Positions 7,903 through 16,045 of a stretch of DNA of 64,000 nt are shown piece after piece. The notes under the pieces were generated by a model that was not told where the DNA came from, searched no databases, and saw only the letters and a list, made by a program, of their open reading frames with translations. Each line of letters starts with the position of its first letter. The first letter of the stretch is position 1. The translations under genes were made by a program, and so were the position numbers. The stretch covers positions 234 through 64,233 of the forward strand of contig JAFQLL010000096.1 in assembly GCA_017414645.1 (NCBI GenBank), written 5' to 3'. Origin of the DNA: Clostridia bacterium. GTDB lineage: Bacteria > Bacillota > Clostridia > UMGS1883.

Positions 7903-9996
7903 ATGAAAAAAGCTTTATCTGCACTGTTAATTTTTTGCATGCTTTTTTCGCTCATTCCCATGCAAGCGGCGGCAAATGCGCCAGCTTACACCTACGAAGA
8001 GCTTGAAGAGTATGTAAAGAAGGTCAACGACCATTGGATAGCTACCCATAACTGGACTCCCGGCTATGAATGGGACACAGCGACCTACTACATAGGCTGT
8101 ATGGATGCCTACTACCTGACAGGTATTGAAAAATATCGTGACTACGCTACAATATGGGCAAATCAGAATGTGTGGCAGGGACACAGAAGCACCGATAAGC
8201 CCAACTGGTCAAACGGAAATGTTTTCCATGCGGACAATGAAACCTGTTTTCAGGTATATATTGACCTTTATAACCTGGACAAGCAGAAGGACGAGAAGAA
8301 AATTGCACGAACATTAGAGGTTACCGATGCTCAGATAGCCACAGGCAGAGCAGATTTCTGGACCTGGTGCGATGCAATACACATGGCTATGCCTGTTTAT
8401 TCAAAGCTTTATGCCCTTACAGGCGACGAAAAATACTTAGACTTTATGTATCGTTCATTCATCTGGAGCAAACAGAGAATGTACGACGGCGAAGGCGGCA
8501 TAAACTACGAGGGCGAGCCCGCTAATTTGTTCTTCCGTGACCCGGGCTACATAAAGAGCAAGGTTAACGGGCAGAAAAACATATGGGCACGTGGTGTTGG
8601 CTGGGTAATGGCGGCGTATGCAAGAGTGTTTGAAGACATTCCCGAAAACTGGGAGCACTATAATGAAATTAAGAAAACCTACCTTGAAATGGCAGAGGCT
8701 TGTATAAACTGTTCGAGAGTTGACAACGAAGGCAGAGTGTTCTGGACACAGAGCATGCTTGCAAACTTCCCCACAAGCGACACAAACCCCTACGGCTACG
8801 AAACAAGTGGCACAGGCTTTATCACATATTCGCTCTACTATGGCATTAATGCAGGTCTTTTAGATAAGGAAACTTATCTTCCCTACGCTGAAGGCGGACT
8901 TAAGTACTTAACAGAAGTTGCAATTCACCCCGACGGTTTTGTAGGCTACACACAGCACATCGGCTCGGCAGCAACAAATGCCACAACAACTGAAAGCAAT
9001 TTTAACTTTGGCGTTGGCGCAACCTTGTATGCACTTTGCGAGGCCGCACGTTACTACGGCGGTGTACAGGGCGACATGTACCCCTACCTTACACGCAAAA
9101 CAATGGGTACAGTAGCCTTCAAGATAGGCGCCAACCACATTTATAATGGCATTGCAGTAAACTCAATTGATGCGGCGCCCTTTGTGGATAATACAGGCCG
9201 CACAATGGTACCTATCCGTGCATTAGGAGAAGCCTTAGGCTCAAAGGTTGTGTGGAACGGTGATTTGCAGGCAGTGACCATGGTAAAAAATGACACGATG
9301 CTCCAGTTCGTTATAGGCAGCCCCAATTATTATATCGATTCGGAAAAACACATTGCTGATACAGCACCCATAATAGTAGATGGCAGAACTTATCTTCCAT
9401 TAAGAGTTGCAGCAGAGGCCTTTGGCAAAAATGTGTACTGGAATAACGAGAAACAGCTTATTGTTATAGGTGGTAAACAAAATCCTTTCCTTAAGTGTCA
9501 GCAAAACCTTCTTGGAATGCTCTCCGACATACTTACAACAGGCGAGCTTCCCCAGCGTGCAGAGCAGGAGGATTGGGAATACAAGGTAAGCGTTCCTGAG
9601 CTTGAAAATGAAAACAGAATTAAGATTGTTTCCGCTACCGCAAGCCAGACACCTGAGCCCCAGAACCCGGCAGAAAATGCCTTTGACGACAACATTGGCA
9701 CACGTTGGGCAGCATCAGGCGACTGCGAAATTGTTTTCGACTTAGGAAGCGTACAGCACGTTGAGCTTGTTGGTGTAACCTTCTGGAAGTTCGCAGAACG
9801 CAGCACACAATACGAAATTCACGCATCAAGCGACGGAATCGACTATAAGGTTTACTTTAACGGCGATGCACCGCAGGGCGTGGAATTTAATTACACTCCC
9901 ATTAAAGAAAAGGTTCGCTACATCAAGCTTGTAGGCCACGGAAACTCTATCAATGAATGGGTAAGTCTTCTGGAGCTTATTCCTTATTCAAAATAA
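7903..9996 (+). CDS. Secreted GH105/GH88-like unsaturated (rhamno)galacturonyl hydrolase + two Cu-amine-oxidase-N-like stalk repeats + F5/8 type C (CBM32-like) domain
   Basis: Signal peptide MKKALSALLIFCMLFSLIPMQAAA. WARGVGW and DAIHMAMPVY motifs. VPIRALGEALGSKVVWNG and LPLRVAAEAFGKNVYWN repeats. C-terminal NAFDDNIGTRWAA...YEIHASSDG. Confidence 0.75.
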   Translation: MKKALSALLIFCMLFSLIPMQAAANAPAYTYEELEEYVKKVNDHWIATHNWTPGYEWDTATYYIGCMDAYYLTGIEKYRDYATIWANQNVWQGHRSTDKPNWSNGNVFHADNETCFQVYIDLYNLDKQKDEKKIARTLEVTDAQIATGRADFWTWCDAIHMAMPVYSKLYALTGDEKYLDFMYRSFIWSKQRMYDGEGGINYEGEPANLFFRDPGYIKSKVNGQKNIWARGVGWVMAAYARVFEDIPENWEHYNEIKKTYLEMAEACINCSRVDNEGRVFWTQSMLANFPTSDTNPYGYETSGTGFITYSLYYGINAGLLDKETYLPYAEGGLKYLTEVAIHPDGFVGYTQHIGSAATNATTTESNFNFGVGATLYALCEAARYYGGVQGDMYPYLTRKTMGTVAFKIGANHIYNGIAVNSIDAAPFVDNTGRTMVPIRALGEALGSKVVWNGDLQAVTMVKNDTMLQFVIGSPNYYIDSEKHIADTAPIIVDGRTYLPLRVAAEAFGKNVYWNNEKQLIVIGGKQNPFLKCQQNLLGMLSDILTTGELPQRAEQEDWEYKVSVPELENENRIKIVSATASQTPEPQNPAENAFDDNIGTRWAASGDCEIVFDLGSVQHVELVGVTFWKFAERSTQYEIHASSDGIDYKVYFNGDAPQGVEFNYTPIKEKVRYIKLVGHGNSINEWVSLLELIPYSK

Positions 9997-10007
9997 AAAC
10001 CATACAA

Positions 10008-10040
10008 AACAGGAGAGGCAGATGCCTCTCCTGTTCTTAT
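10008..10040 (+). terminator. Intrinsic terminator after the GH105 gene
   Basis: AACAGGAGAGGC-agat-GCCTCTCCTGTT followed by a T-rich tail. Confidence 0.65.
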
Positions 10041-10109
10041 ATTTACCAGTGGGGACAGGGTCATTTTTGCAAATTTTTAGCCAAAATGAACCTGTCCCCA
10101 CTGGTAAAT
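10041..10109. repeat. 69-bp palindromic unit, copy 1 (27-nt arms)
   Basis: ATTTACCAGTGGGGACAGGGTCATTTT-tgcaaatttttagcc-AAAATGAACCTGTCCCCACTGGTAAAT. Confidence 0.85.
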
Positions 10110-10852
10110 TATTTGTTTAACTTGTATCTCGATATACCTGTCACTCTCGCAATATGTCTGTCTGAAAATTGCTTTTTCAGTTCATCAATCACAACATGAA
10201 ACTTTGCAGGATCAGTTATCATTAAAACTTTCAACTCTTCTACGCTCATTATTTTTAAATTCTTCAATGAAACTAACAGTTCAAAGTCGCTTCGTTTCGA
10301 ATTGTCAAACAATGTAAAGTCACACTCTTCATCCTGGTTATGGAAACCTTCAAATTCCTCTCTTGACATCATTCCATACAAAAAAGCTGTATCTGTCAAA
10401 TTCTTTTTTTCAGTTAAATAATCATTATAACTGCTCCATCGATACTCTGTCAAAGATTCTGCCAGCTTTGCCTTCAAAGGATTTTGATGCACATATCTTA
10501 TCAGGTGCAAGAAATATTCATCATTATCAACAATCTGACTGCGATATCTCCCCTCAAGTAGTGTTCCGGTTCTGTCATACTTAAGATTAAACCAACGTGC
10601 GTATTTAGTGAGCAGACGGTGCATTATAATTGATATTTCTCCCAAGTTTTTTTCTTTGATAACAAAATGAACATGATTTGTCATCAAACAATATGCAAAT
10701 ACTTCAAATTCAAGTTCAGCTTTTAAGCTTGCCAATGTTTTTAATAATTCCTCATAATCCCAATTGTTTAGAAATATTTGCTGTTTATTGCTACCTCTGA
10801 ACATAATGTGATAAATGCCGCTCTCACTTAATCCCCTTGGATTTCTTGACAT
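10109..10852 (-). CDS. HUH-Y1 transposase (IS200-like / REP-associated tyrosine transposase-like) with C-terminal HTH extension
   Basis: GIYHIMFRG, HUH motif MTNHVHFVI, catalytic-Tyr region LIRYVHQNPLKAKL, C-terminal SDRHIARVTGISRYKL. ATG 10852 with SD GAGGTGA (track start is GTG 10861). Confidence 0.8.
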   Translation of the reverse strand: MSRNPRGLSESGIYHIMFRGSNKQQIFLNNWDYEELLKTLASLKAELEFEVFAYCLMTNHVHFVIKEKNLGEISIIMHRLLTKYARWFNLKYDRTGTLLEGRYRSQIVDNDEYFLHLIRYVHQNPLKAKLAESLTEYRWSSYNDYLTEKKNLTDTAFLYGMMSREEFEGFHNQDEECDFTLFDNSKRSDFELLVSLKNLKIMSVEELKVLMITDPAKFHVVIDELKKQFSDRHIARVTGISRYKLNK

Positions 10853-10904
10853 TGTAATCACCTCAATTTCAGTATATCAAAGACCCCACTATGTGTCAAC
10901 CGAA

Positions 10905-10973
10905 ATTTACCAATGGGGACGGGTTCATTTTGGCAAATTTTTAGCCAAAATGAACCTGTCCCCACTGGTAAAT
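10905..10973. repeat. 69-bp palindromic unit, copy 2
   Basis: ATTTACCAATGGGGACGGGTTCATTTT-ggcaaatttttagcc-AAAATGAACCTGTCCCCACTGGTAAAT. The right arm is identical to copy 1. Confidence 0.85.
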
Positions 10974-11001
10974 ATGTTGTGATTAGCAAAAGCTTAGCAG
11001 C

Positions 11002-11030
11002 AAAAAAAGGCAACCACTGTGTGGTTGCCT
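11002..11030 (-). terminator. Intrinsic terminator after the acidic micro-ORF
   Basis: Minus strand: GGCAACCAC-acag-GTGGTTGCC followed by TTTTTTT. Confidence 0.75.
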
Positions 11031-11049
11031 TTAGTTTGTCGCCTTTAAA

Positions 11050-11208
11050 TTAGAAGCTGAAATCGTCTTCGCCGTCGAAATCGCCACCGCCTTCCCAATC
11101 GGGATCGTCGGAGTCATTCATTTCGTTATCAAGAGCGCTATCAAATAAAACGTCTTCGAGTTCAAGTTCTAATTCTGCGAAAAGAGGCGATACATAAAAT
11201 TTCTTCAT
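11050..11208 (-). CDS. 52-aa hyper-acidic peptide, unknown function (below the ORF-track size cut-off)
   Basis: Own translation: MKKFYVSPLFAELELELEDVLFDSALDNEMNDSDDPDWEGGGDFDGEDDFSF*. SD AAAGGA 9 nt upstream. Its own terminator lies 20 nt downstream. Same strand as the 1359-aa gene, directly after it. Confidence 0.5.
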   Translation of the reverse strand: MKKFYVSPLFAELELELEDVLFDSALDNEMNDSDDPDWEGGGDFDGEDDFSF

Positions 11209-11297
11209 CGGGTATCATCCTTTCTCTCTGTATATGTCACGCAGGAGAGTGCCGTAGCACTCTCTGCGAGAACTGCGAATTAATCTTTGCTGATTAA

Positions 11298-14200
11298 TTA
11301 TTCAGCGGGAACTGTAAATGTGAATGTAAGAACGCCAGCTTCATCAACTGCTGCATCGGAGATATATGTCTTAGCAACAGAGTTGTTGTTGTTTACTCTT
11401 ACATAATCTGTCCACCAGGAAGCGATTTCAGCAGGTGTACCCCAGCTTGCATCGGGAGTAATTGTAACTGCTACGCTACCGTCTGCATTAACTGTGGATT
11501 CAACTGTGAAGAATACATCACCTGTGTACTTGCCTTCTTCAACTGTGATACCATCAGCTGTGTAGCTAAGACGGATACCTGTCTGGTTAACGTATGCGTT
11601 AAGGATGTTCTTAACAACGCCGTCAACTGTGTATGCTGCGTTGTCAGCATCAGCAGTACCATTCTTCATGATACCTGCAGATACCTGGTAAATACTTCTT
11701 GTTACGGAATCTGTTGTGAATTCCTTAACTGTACCGTCAGCCATGGGAACAAGGGCATAAGCTACTGCTGTGTACTTACGGTTATAGTTGGATTCCTTCA
11801 TGTTTGTGATAGCAGCGGAGAATACGTTGTTATCTTCATTCTGGAATGTTTCAGCCTTTACGTAAGCAACTGCATCAGAAGCTTCTGCCTGTACCTTGAT
11901 ACCGAATTCAACTTCTTCGTCAGCAAGAACTGTATCTGCATAGTCAGCTGTTGCAAGGAATCTGAGACCGGAGTCAGCAAGAGCGTCAAGCTTAGCATCT
12001 GCTTCAAGCTCTGTAGAACCGATACGTACCTGAGCACCGCCTACCATTGCAAGACCAAGAGAAGCGGGAACTGTGTTTTCAAATGCTGCAGCTTCTGTAA
12101 GGTTAAGGTTTACGTTAGCTTCAACATAACCTGCATCTGTACCAACAACTATTGCACCGTCAGCTACAAGACGAACGTCGTCGCCTGCAACTACGTAAGC
12201 TGTTTCCATAGCGGAACCGTTCTTTGTAAGTGTAGCGTAACCTGTTTCTGTTACTACGAATGCATCTTCAAGTGTAAGGTAAGCTGCCTTGCCTTCGTAA
12301 GCGCCGCCTGCAACTGCCTTTTCTCTGTCAACTACATAGAAGCCTGCTGTGGGAGCATAGAGTGCGAATGTGATTGTTTCGCCTGTAGCTGCCTTAACAA
12401 AGTTAGTTACATCGATTTCCATCCATTCGTCAACTGCCATTCTGCCGTCAACGGGGTCTGCCTTAGCGGAAGCTGCTGTGTCGGACCATACAATACCATC
12501 AAGGTTAGCAAGGTCGCCTGCAACGAAAGCATTTTCTGTTTCGTTAGCTTCAACTTCGGAAACGTTTGCAGCAATCTTCATCCAGTTACCGTTACCAAGG
12601 TTCTGGTTAGCCTTTGCAGCGTAAACATGAAGCTTAACTGCCTGGTTTTCGGAAACTTCGGGAACGGGGAACTTAACAAGAGCAACTCTTGCAGAACCGA
12701 GGTTACCACCGTCTGTTTTGTTTGTTACGTTTTCGCCGTTAGCGTCAACGTCGTCTGTGTTTGTAACACCAGCGGAACCTACGAAGAGCATGTTTTCGTC
12801 GTTGTTCCAAGGCTGAGCGTCACCTGCATTATGGAATGCGTCTGCCACTACAGCAATCTTATCTGTGTTAGCAGCAACTTCTACAACTGTTGATGTTTCA
12901 GCAACTATTTCGGGGATTGTGTAGTATGCGCATGTTACTGCGTCATAGATTTCCTTTTCAGCAACTGTAACGGATTCGTCGAGTTCAACTTCTTCTGTTA
13001 CAGCGTAAACAACTGTTTCGTCAGCTGTTACGAATGTTACTGTAACTACCTTTGTAGCGGAGTAAACAACTGTTACTGTTGTGCCGTCGATAGTAACTGT
13101 CTTTTCGTAGCCTTCGATGTCAGCAACGGAAGCAATAGCTTCTTCGTCAGACCAGTAGGAACCTGTTGTAGTTGTTGTTCCACCATCAAGTGTGATGTTG
13201 AATGTGTATTCTGTCTTTTCAACGTTAGCGTTAACCTTAATGTCTGTAAGAGTTACGCTACCTGCGCCATTATTTGTAAGAGATGTGATACATTCGATTG
13301 CATCAGCATTTGTTCTGTAACCGAAGTTTTCAGCTGTAACTACTTCAGCACCTGTTGCTACATCATAGATAGTTACTGTGTACTTATCTGTGGAAGCATC
13401 TGTTGTGATGAAGAATCTATAGGGTGTACCTGCTGTAAGGTATGCAAGGTCAGAGTCAGCAACTGTTCTGCCACCTGCACCGTTACCATTTACGGGACGG
13501 AATGCACCATTTGCATTAACACCAAGAGGAATCTGTTCGGGGCTGAAGAAGCCTGCATCCTTTGTCTTGATTGTGATCCAAAGGTCACCGAAGGAAGCGT
13601 ATGTAGCAACAAATTCCATGCTGAATTCGTCAGCAATCGCTACGGGGAATGCTACCTGGCTTGCCTTACCTGCATCCTGACCGTTTACTGTTGTAATGTC
13701 AGCAAGTGTAAATGTTTCTTCAAGAACTGTAACTGTTGTGGAAACTGCCTGTGTTGTAGCGTCCTGTGTACCAAACTGAACTGTAGCAACACCTTCTACT
13801 GTTGTTGTACCAGTTGTGTAAGAAGCGGGAGCGTCCCAAACGATAGGTGCGTCAACTTCTGTACCAAGAGAACCTGTAACTGCTACTGTGGAAGGAAGAA
13901 CTACTGCTGTGTCACCGATAACCTTAACGGGAGCGATTTCAGCAACGGAAGCTACTGTTTCCTGTACTGCAACTTCTGCTTCTGCAATTTCGTAAAGACC
14001 GAAGTTACCGAATGTGTTGCCTACACCGAGCCAACGGAAGTTAACCTGGATGTAGTCGTTAGCAGCTGTGAAAATCACTGTGTTTGTGCCTGCAGCTGCA
14101 CCGTTAAGGATAATTGTACCGTCTGCTGTAGCGGAAATATCGTCCTTTACGGAAACCTTGTCATAACCATTTGCAACAGAAGCGTCAAATGTGAAGAGGT

Positions 14201-15377
14201 ATGTCTTTTCCTTTTCAATAGCCCAAGCTCTGTAAAGAGAGTTAGCACCGCCGGCACCTGTGCCACCTGCTGTAAGTGTCATAGAGCCATCACCATTAGA
14301 TGTAAAGAAGCTTGCAGCACCACCTGCAGCGTTGTACCAACCTGTTGTGCCGTATGCAAAGTCACCGTTGGGGATAAGGTTGGCACCCTTAATTTCGTAC
14401 TGAACGCCGTCCTTAGCGAAGATATCGCCAACAGCGTGTGTACCTGTGTTAGCTACCGCTGTCATTTCGATTTCGCCGGACTCAGAAAGTGTTGCACCAT
14501 CTGTTGCGTACATTACGTTAGAGCCGTTTGCAGAATATGCGAAAGCGGGGAATACTACGCCATCTGCAGCAGTTGTATCATAGCTGTTAGAAGCTGTCTT
14601 AACTACTTCACCATTTGCTGTGTATTCTGCTTCAACAACCTTAACAGATGCGGGAACTTCGTATGTGATAACAAGATCCTGAAGACCTGCTGCGCCGTAC
14701 TGGTCATTCCACTTACCATGGAAGGACTTAATGCCGCCAAAGCCGTTTGCGTTTGCAACTGTTTCACTTGTTAAAAGTTCACCTGCAACATAGTAGTTGA
14801 TTGTGTAATCAGTAGCATTCTTTATTGTTTCGATCTTGATGTTAGTGCCACGGAAGCCATATACAGCCGCTGTGCCGCTGCCACTATGAGCTGCAACATC
14901 ACCATTACCAAGTCTTACAGTGTTGTTTCTGTCGAATGCAAGTCTTGCATAGTCATTACCATCAGCATCAAAGAAAGTCCATGTCTGATAAATGTTATCC
15001 TTTTCCTGTGTAGCGAAGTTAAAGTCTACAATTACCTTTGTAGCACCGCTTGTTGCTGCAGCGTTGTTGATAGCTGCAGTTACGTTACCATCGCTTGTGT
15101 TACGACCATTAGAGAAGAAGAACATAAGTGCGTATGTACCTGTAGAACCCCAAACACCTGTTGCTTCTGCACCCCAGTTCTGGTTCCAACGAACAGCCGC
15201 ACCGTTTTCTGTCTTTGTCCAACCAGCTACGCTGATTTCCTGTTCGCCGGAACCTGTGATAGTATCAACGTCGAACAAAACTGTTTCTTCTGCGCTTGCA
15301 GTAAGGGAGAATGCAGGTACCATTGTGAGTACCATTGCCAGGGAAACTGCAAGAGCTAAAAATCTTTTAAGTTTCAT
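11298..15377 (-). CDS. Giant secreted multi-module protein (1359 aa): ConA/LamG-like modules, CBM4/9-like module, Ig-like module, DNRLRE-like module; no recognisable catalytic domain
   Basis: Signal peptide MKLKRFLALAVSLAMVLTMVPAFSLTASA. NLIPNGDFAYGTTGW (CBM4_9-type). VVLPSTVAVTG...VWDAP Ig-like. Colinear paralogy with the 1115-aa protein at 57490-60837. SD GGAGGA. Confidence 0.8.
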   Translation of the reverse strand: MKLKRFLALAVSLAMVLTMVPAFSLTASAEETVLFDVDTITGSGEQEISVAGWTKTENGAAVRWNQNWGAEATGVWGSTGTYALMFFFSNGRNTSDGNVTAAINNAAATSGATKVIVDFNFATQEKDNIYQTWTFFDADGNDYARLAFDRNNTVRLGNGDVAAHSGSGTAAVYGFRGTNIKIETIKNATDYTINYYVAGELLTSETVANANGFGGIKSFHGKWNDQYGAAGLQDLVITYEVPASVKVVEAEYTANGEVVKTASNSYDTTAADGVVFPAFAYSANGSNVMYATDGATLSESGEIEMTAVANTGTHAVGDIFAKDGVQYEIKGANLIPNGDFAYGTTGWYNAAGGAASFFTSNGDGSMTLTAGGTGAGGANSLYRAWAIEKEKTYLFTFDASVANGYDKVSVKDDISATADGTIILNGAAAGTNTVIFTAANDYIQVNFRWLGVGNTFGNFGLYEIAEAEVAVQETVASVAEIAPVKVIGDTAVVLPSTVAVTGSLGTEVDAPIVWDAPASYTTGTTTVEGVATVQFGTQDATTQAVSTTVTVLEETFTLADITTVNGQDAGKASQVAFPVAIADEFSMEFVATYASFGDLWITIKTKDAGFFSPEQIPLGVNANGAFRPVNGNGAGGRTVADSDLAYLTAGTPYRFFITTDASTDKYTVTIYDVATGAEVVTAENFGYRTNADAIECITSLTNNGAGSVTLTDIKVNANVEKTEYTFNITLDGGTTTTTGSYWSDEEAIASVADIEGYEKTVTIDGTTVTVVYSATKVVTVTFVTADETVVYAVTEEVELDESVTVAEKEIYDAVTCAYYTIPEIVAETSTVVEVAANTDKIAVVADAFHNAGDAQPWNNDENMLFVGSAGVTNTDDVDANGENVTNKTDGGNLGSARVALVKFPVPEVSENQAVKLHVYAAKANQNLGNGNWMKIAANVSEVEANETENAFVAGDLANLDGIVWSDTAASAKADPVDGRMAVDEWMEIDVTNFVKAATGETITFALYAPTAGFYVVDREKAVAGGAYEGKAAYLTLEDAFVVTETGYATLTKNGSAMETAYVVAGDDVRLVADGAIVVGTDAGYVEANVNLNLTEAAAFENTVPASLGLAMVGGAQVRIGSTELEADAKLDALADSGLRFLATADYADTVLADEEVEFGIKVQAEASDAVAYVKAETFQNEDNNVFSAAITNMKESNYNRKYTAVAYALVPMADGTVKEFTTDSVTRSIYQVSAGIMKNGTADADNAAYTVDGVVKNILNAYVNQTGIRLSYTADGITVEEGKYTGDVFFTVESTVNADGSVAVTITPDASWGTPAEIASWWTDYVRVNNNNSVAKTYISDAAVDEAGVLTFTFTVPAE

Positions 15378-15814
15378 TTTTTATTCCTCCAAATATTTTA
15401 TATATTTTCGGTCATCCAACCGAACGAGCATTGGGGTAAGTTTTTGCATTTACCCCGGATGCGGAACAGTGAGCATGCTTAACCAGTCGACCTAGGGGTT
15501 ACCTCAAGCGCTGCAAGCTTTGTTCCTAAATTAAAGTCTGTCACATATGAACCCATTTTCGGGATATTACTCCACTATTAGGGTATCATACATGATAATA
15601 TTACACCTAAAGAGGGAAAAAGTCAACTAAAAAAGTTAAAATTCCAAGGATTTTTTTCAGTTTTTTACAGTACACTAGATGTTGTATTTTGTCCACGTTT
15701 ATGCACAAACAACAATTAGGCTAATTGGCAATTTATGGCTTTGCTATTACCACGCAGCTTCTATCCCTCCTACCAAGGAAAGCACCCTGACACTTGCCTG
15801 TAACGCTGCAGCTA

Positions 15815-15992
15815 AGAACAAAGTGTCTCCGATACTCTCTGACGATAGTTGCAATTAAAGTAAACAGAGGAGAAAACACTTTGTAATGCCATGTGCGTTT
15901 TCCGAGTCTTGCGAGGAAATTCTCGCACGGCAATAATATAAAATTTATTTTTTTCCTTATAGGAAATGCGCAATTTCCTATAAGGAAAAAAG
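15815..15992 (+). repeat. 178-nt structured repeat, copy 1 (copy 2 at 45481-45659)
   Basis: Manual alignment to copy 2 gives 6 substitutions + 1 indel. It contains a 9-bp long-range stem and a terminal perfect hairpin CCTTATAGGAAAT-gcgc-AATTTCCTATAAGG flanked by T-run/A-run. Confidence 0.85.
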
Positions 15993-16022
15993 AAAACCCT
16001 CGGTCAAAGACCGAGGGTTTTT
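15993..16022. terminator. Bidirectional intrinsic terminator downstream of the S-layer gene
   Basis: AAAACCCTCGGTC-aaa-GACCGAGGGTTTTT. Confidence 0.75.
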
Positions 16023-16045
16023 ATCAAAACTTATTCAGTTAAGAT

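Larger units (their letters stand above)
10041..10973 (-). mobile_element. IS200/IS605-type or RAYT-type unit: HUH-Y1 transposase gene bracketed by two directly repeated 69-bp palindromic units
   Basis: Units at 10041-10109 and 10905-10973 are near-identical and abut the ORF on both sides. Confidence 0.7.

Noticed and set aside
14436-15495. Several + strand ORFs (112, 157 and 167 aa) inside the 1359-aa gene, and similar ones at 12370-12893
   Set aside because: They are antisense shadow ORFs of a strongly biased gene. The products are Cys-rich nonsense and there are no ribosome-binding sites.
15473-15520. Polylinker-like cluster of palindromic sites (GCATGC, GTCGAC, CCTAGG, GGTTACC, AGCGCT, AAGCTT within 48 bp)
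   Set aside because: It looked like vector or synthetic sequence, but there is no backbone, marker or primer-site context. The segment lies inside a natural-looking leader. One such cluster per 64 kb is roughly what chance allows by my rough estimate.
15815-15992. Idea that the 178-nt repeat is a group II intron end (GTGCG on the minus strand after a hairpin, as for class C introns; domain-V-like bulged stem)
   Set aside because: The candidate stem does not fit the 34-nt domain V consensus (no AGC triad or GNRA tetraloop geometry). Only about 120 nt follow the GTGCG before similarity ends, and there is no RT/maturase gene. The evidence is not sufficient.
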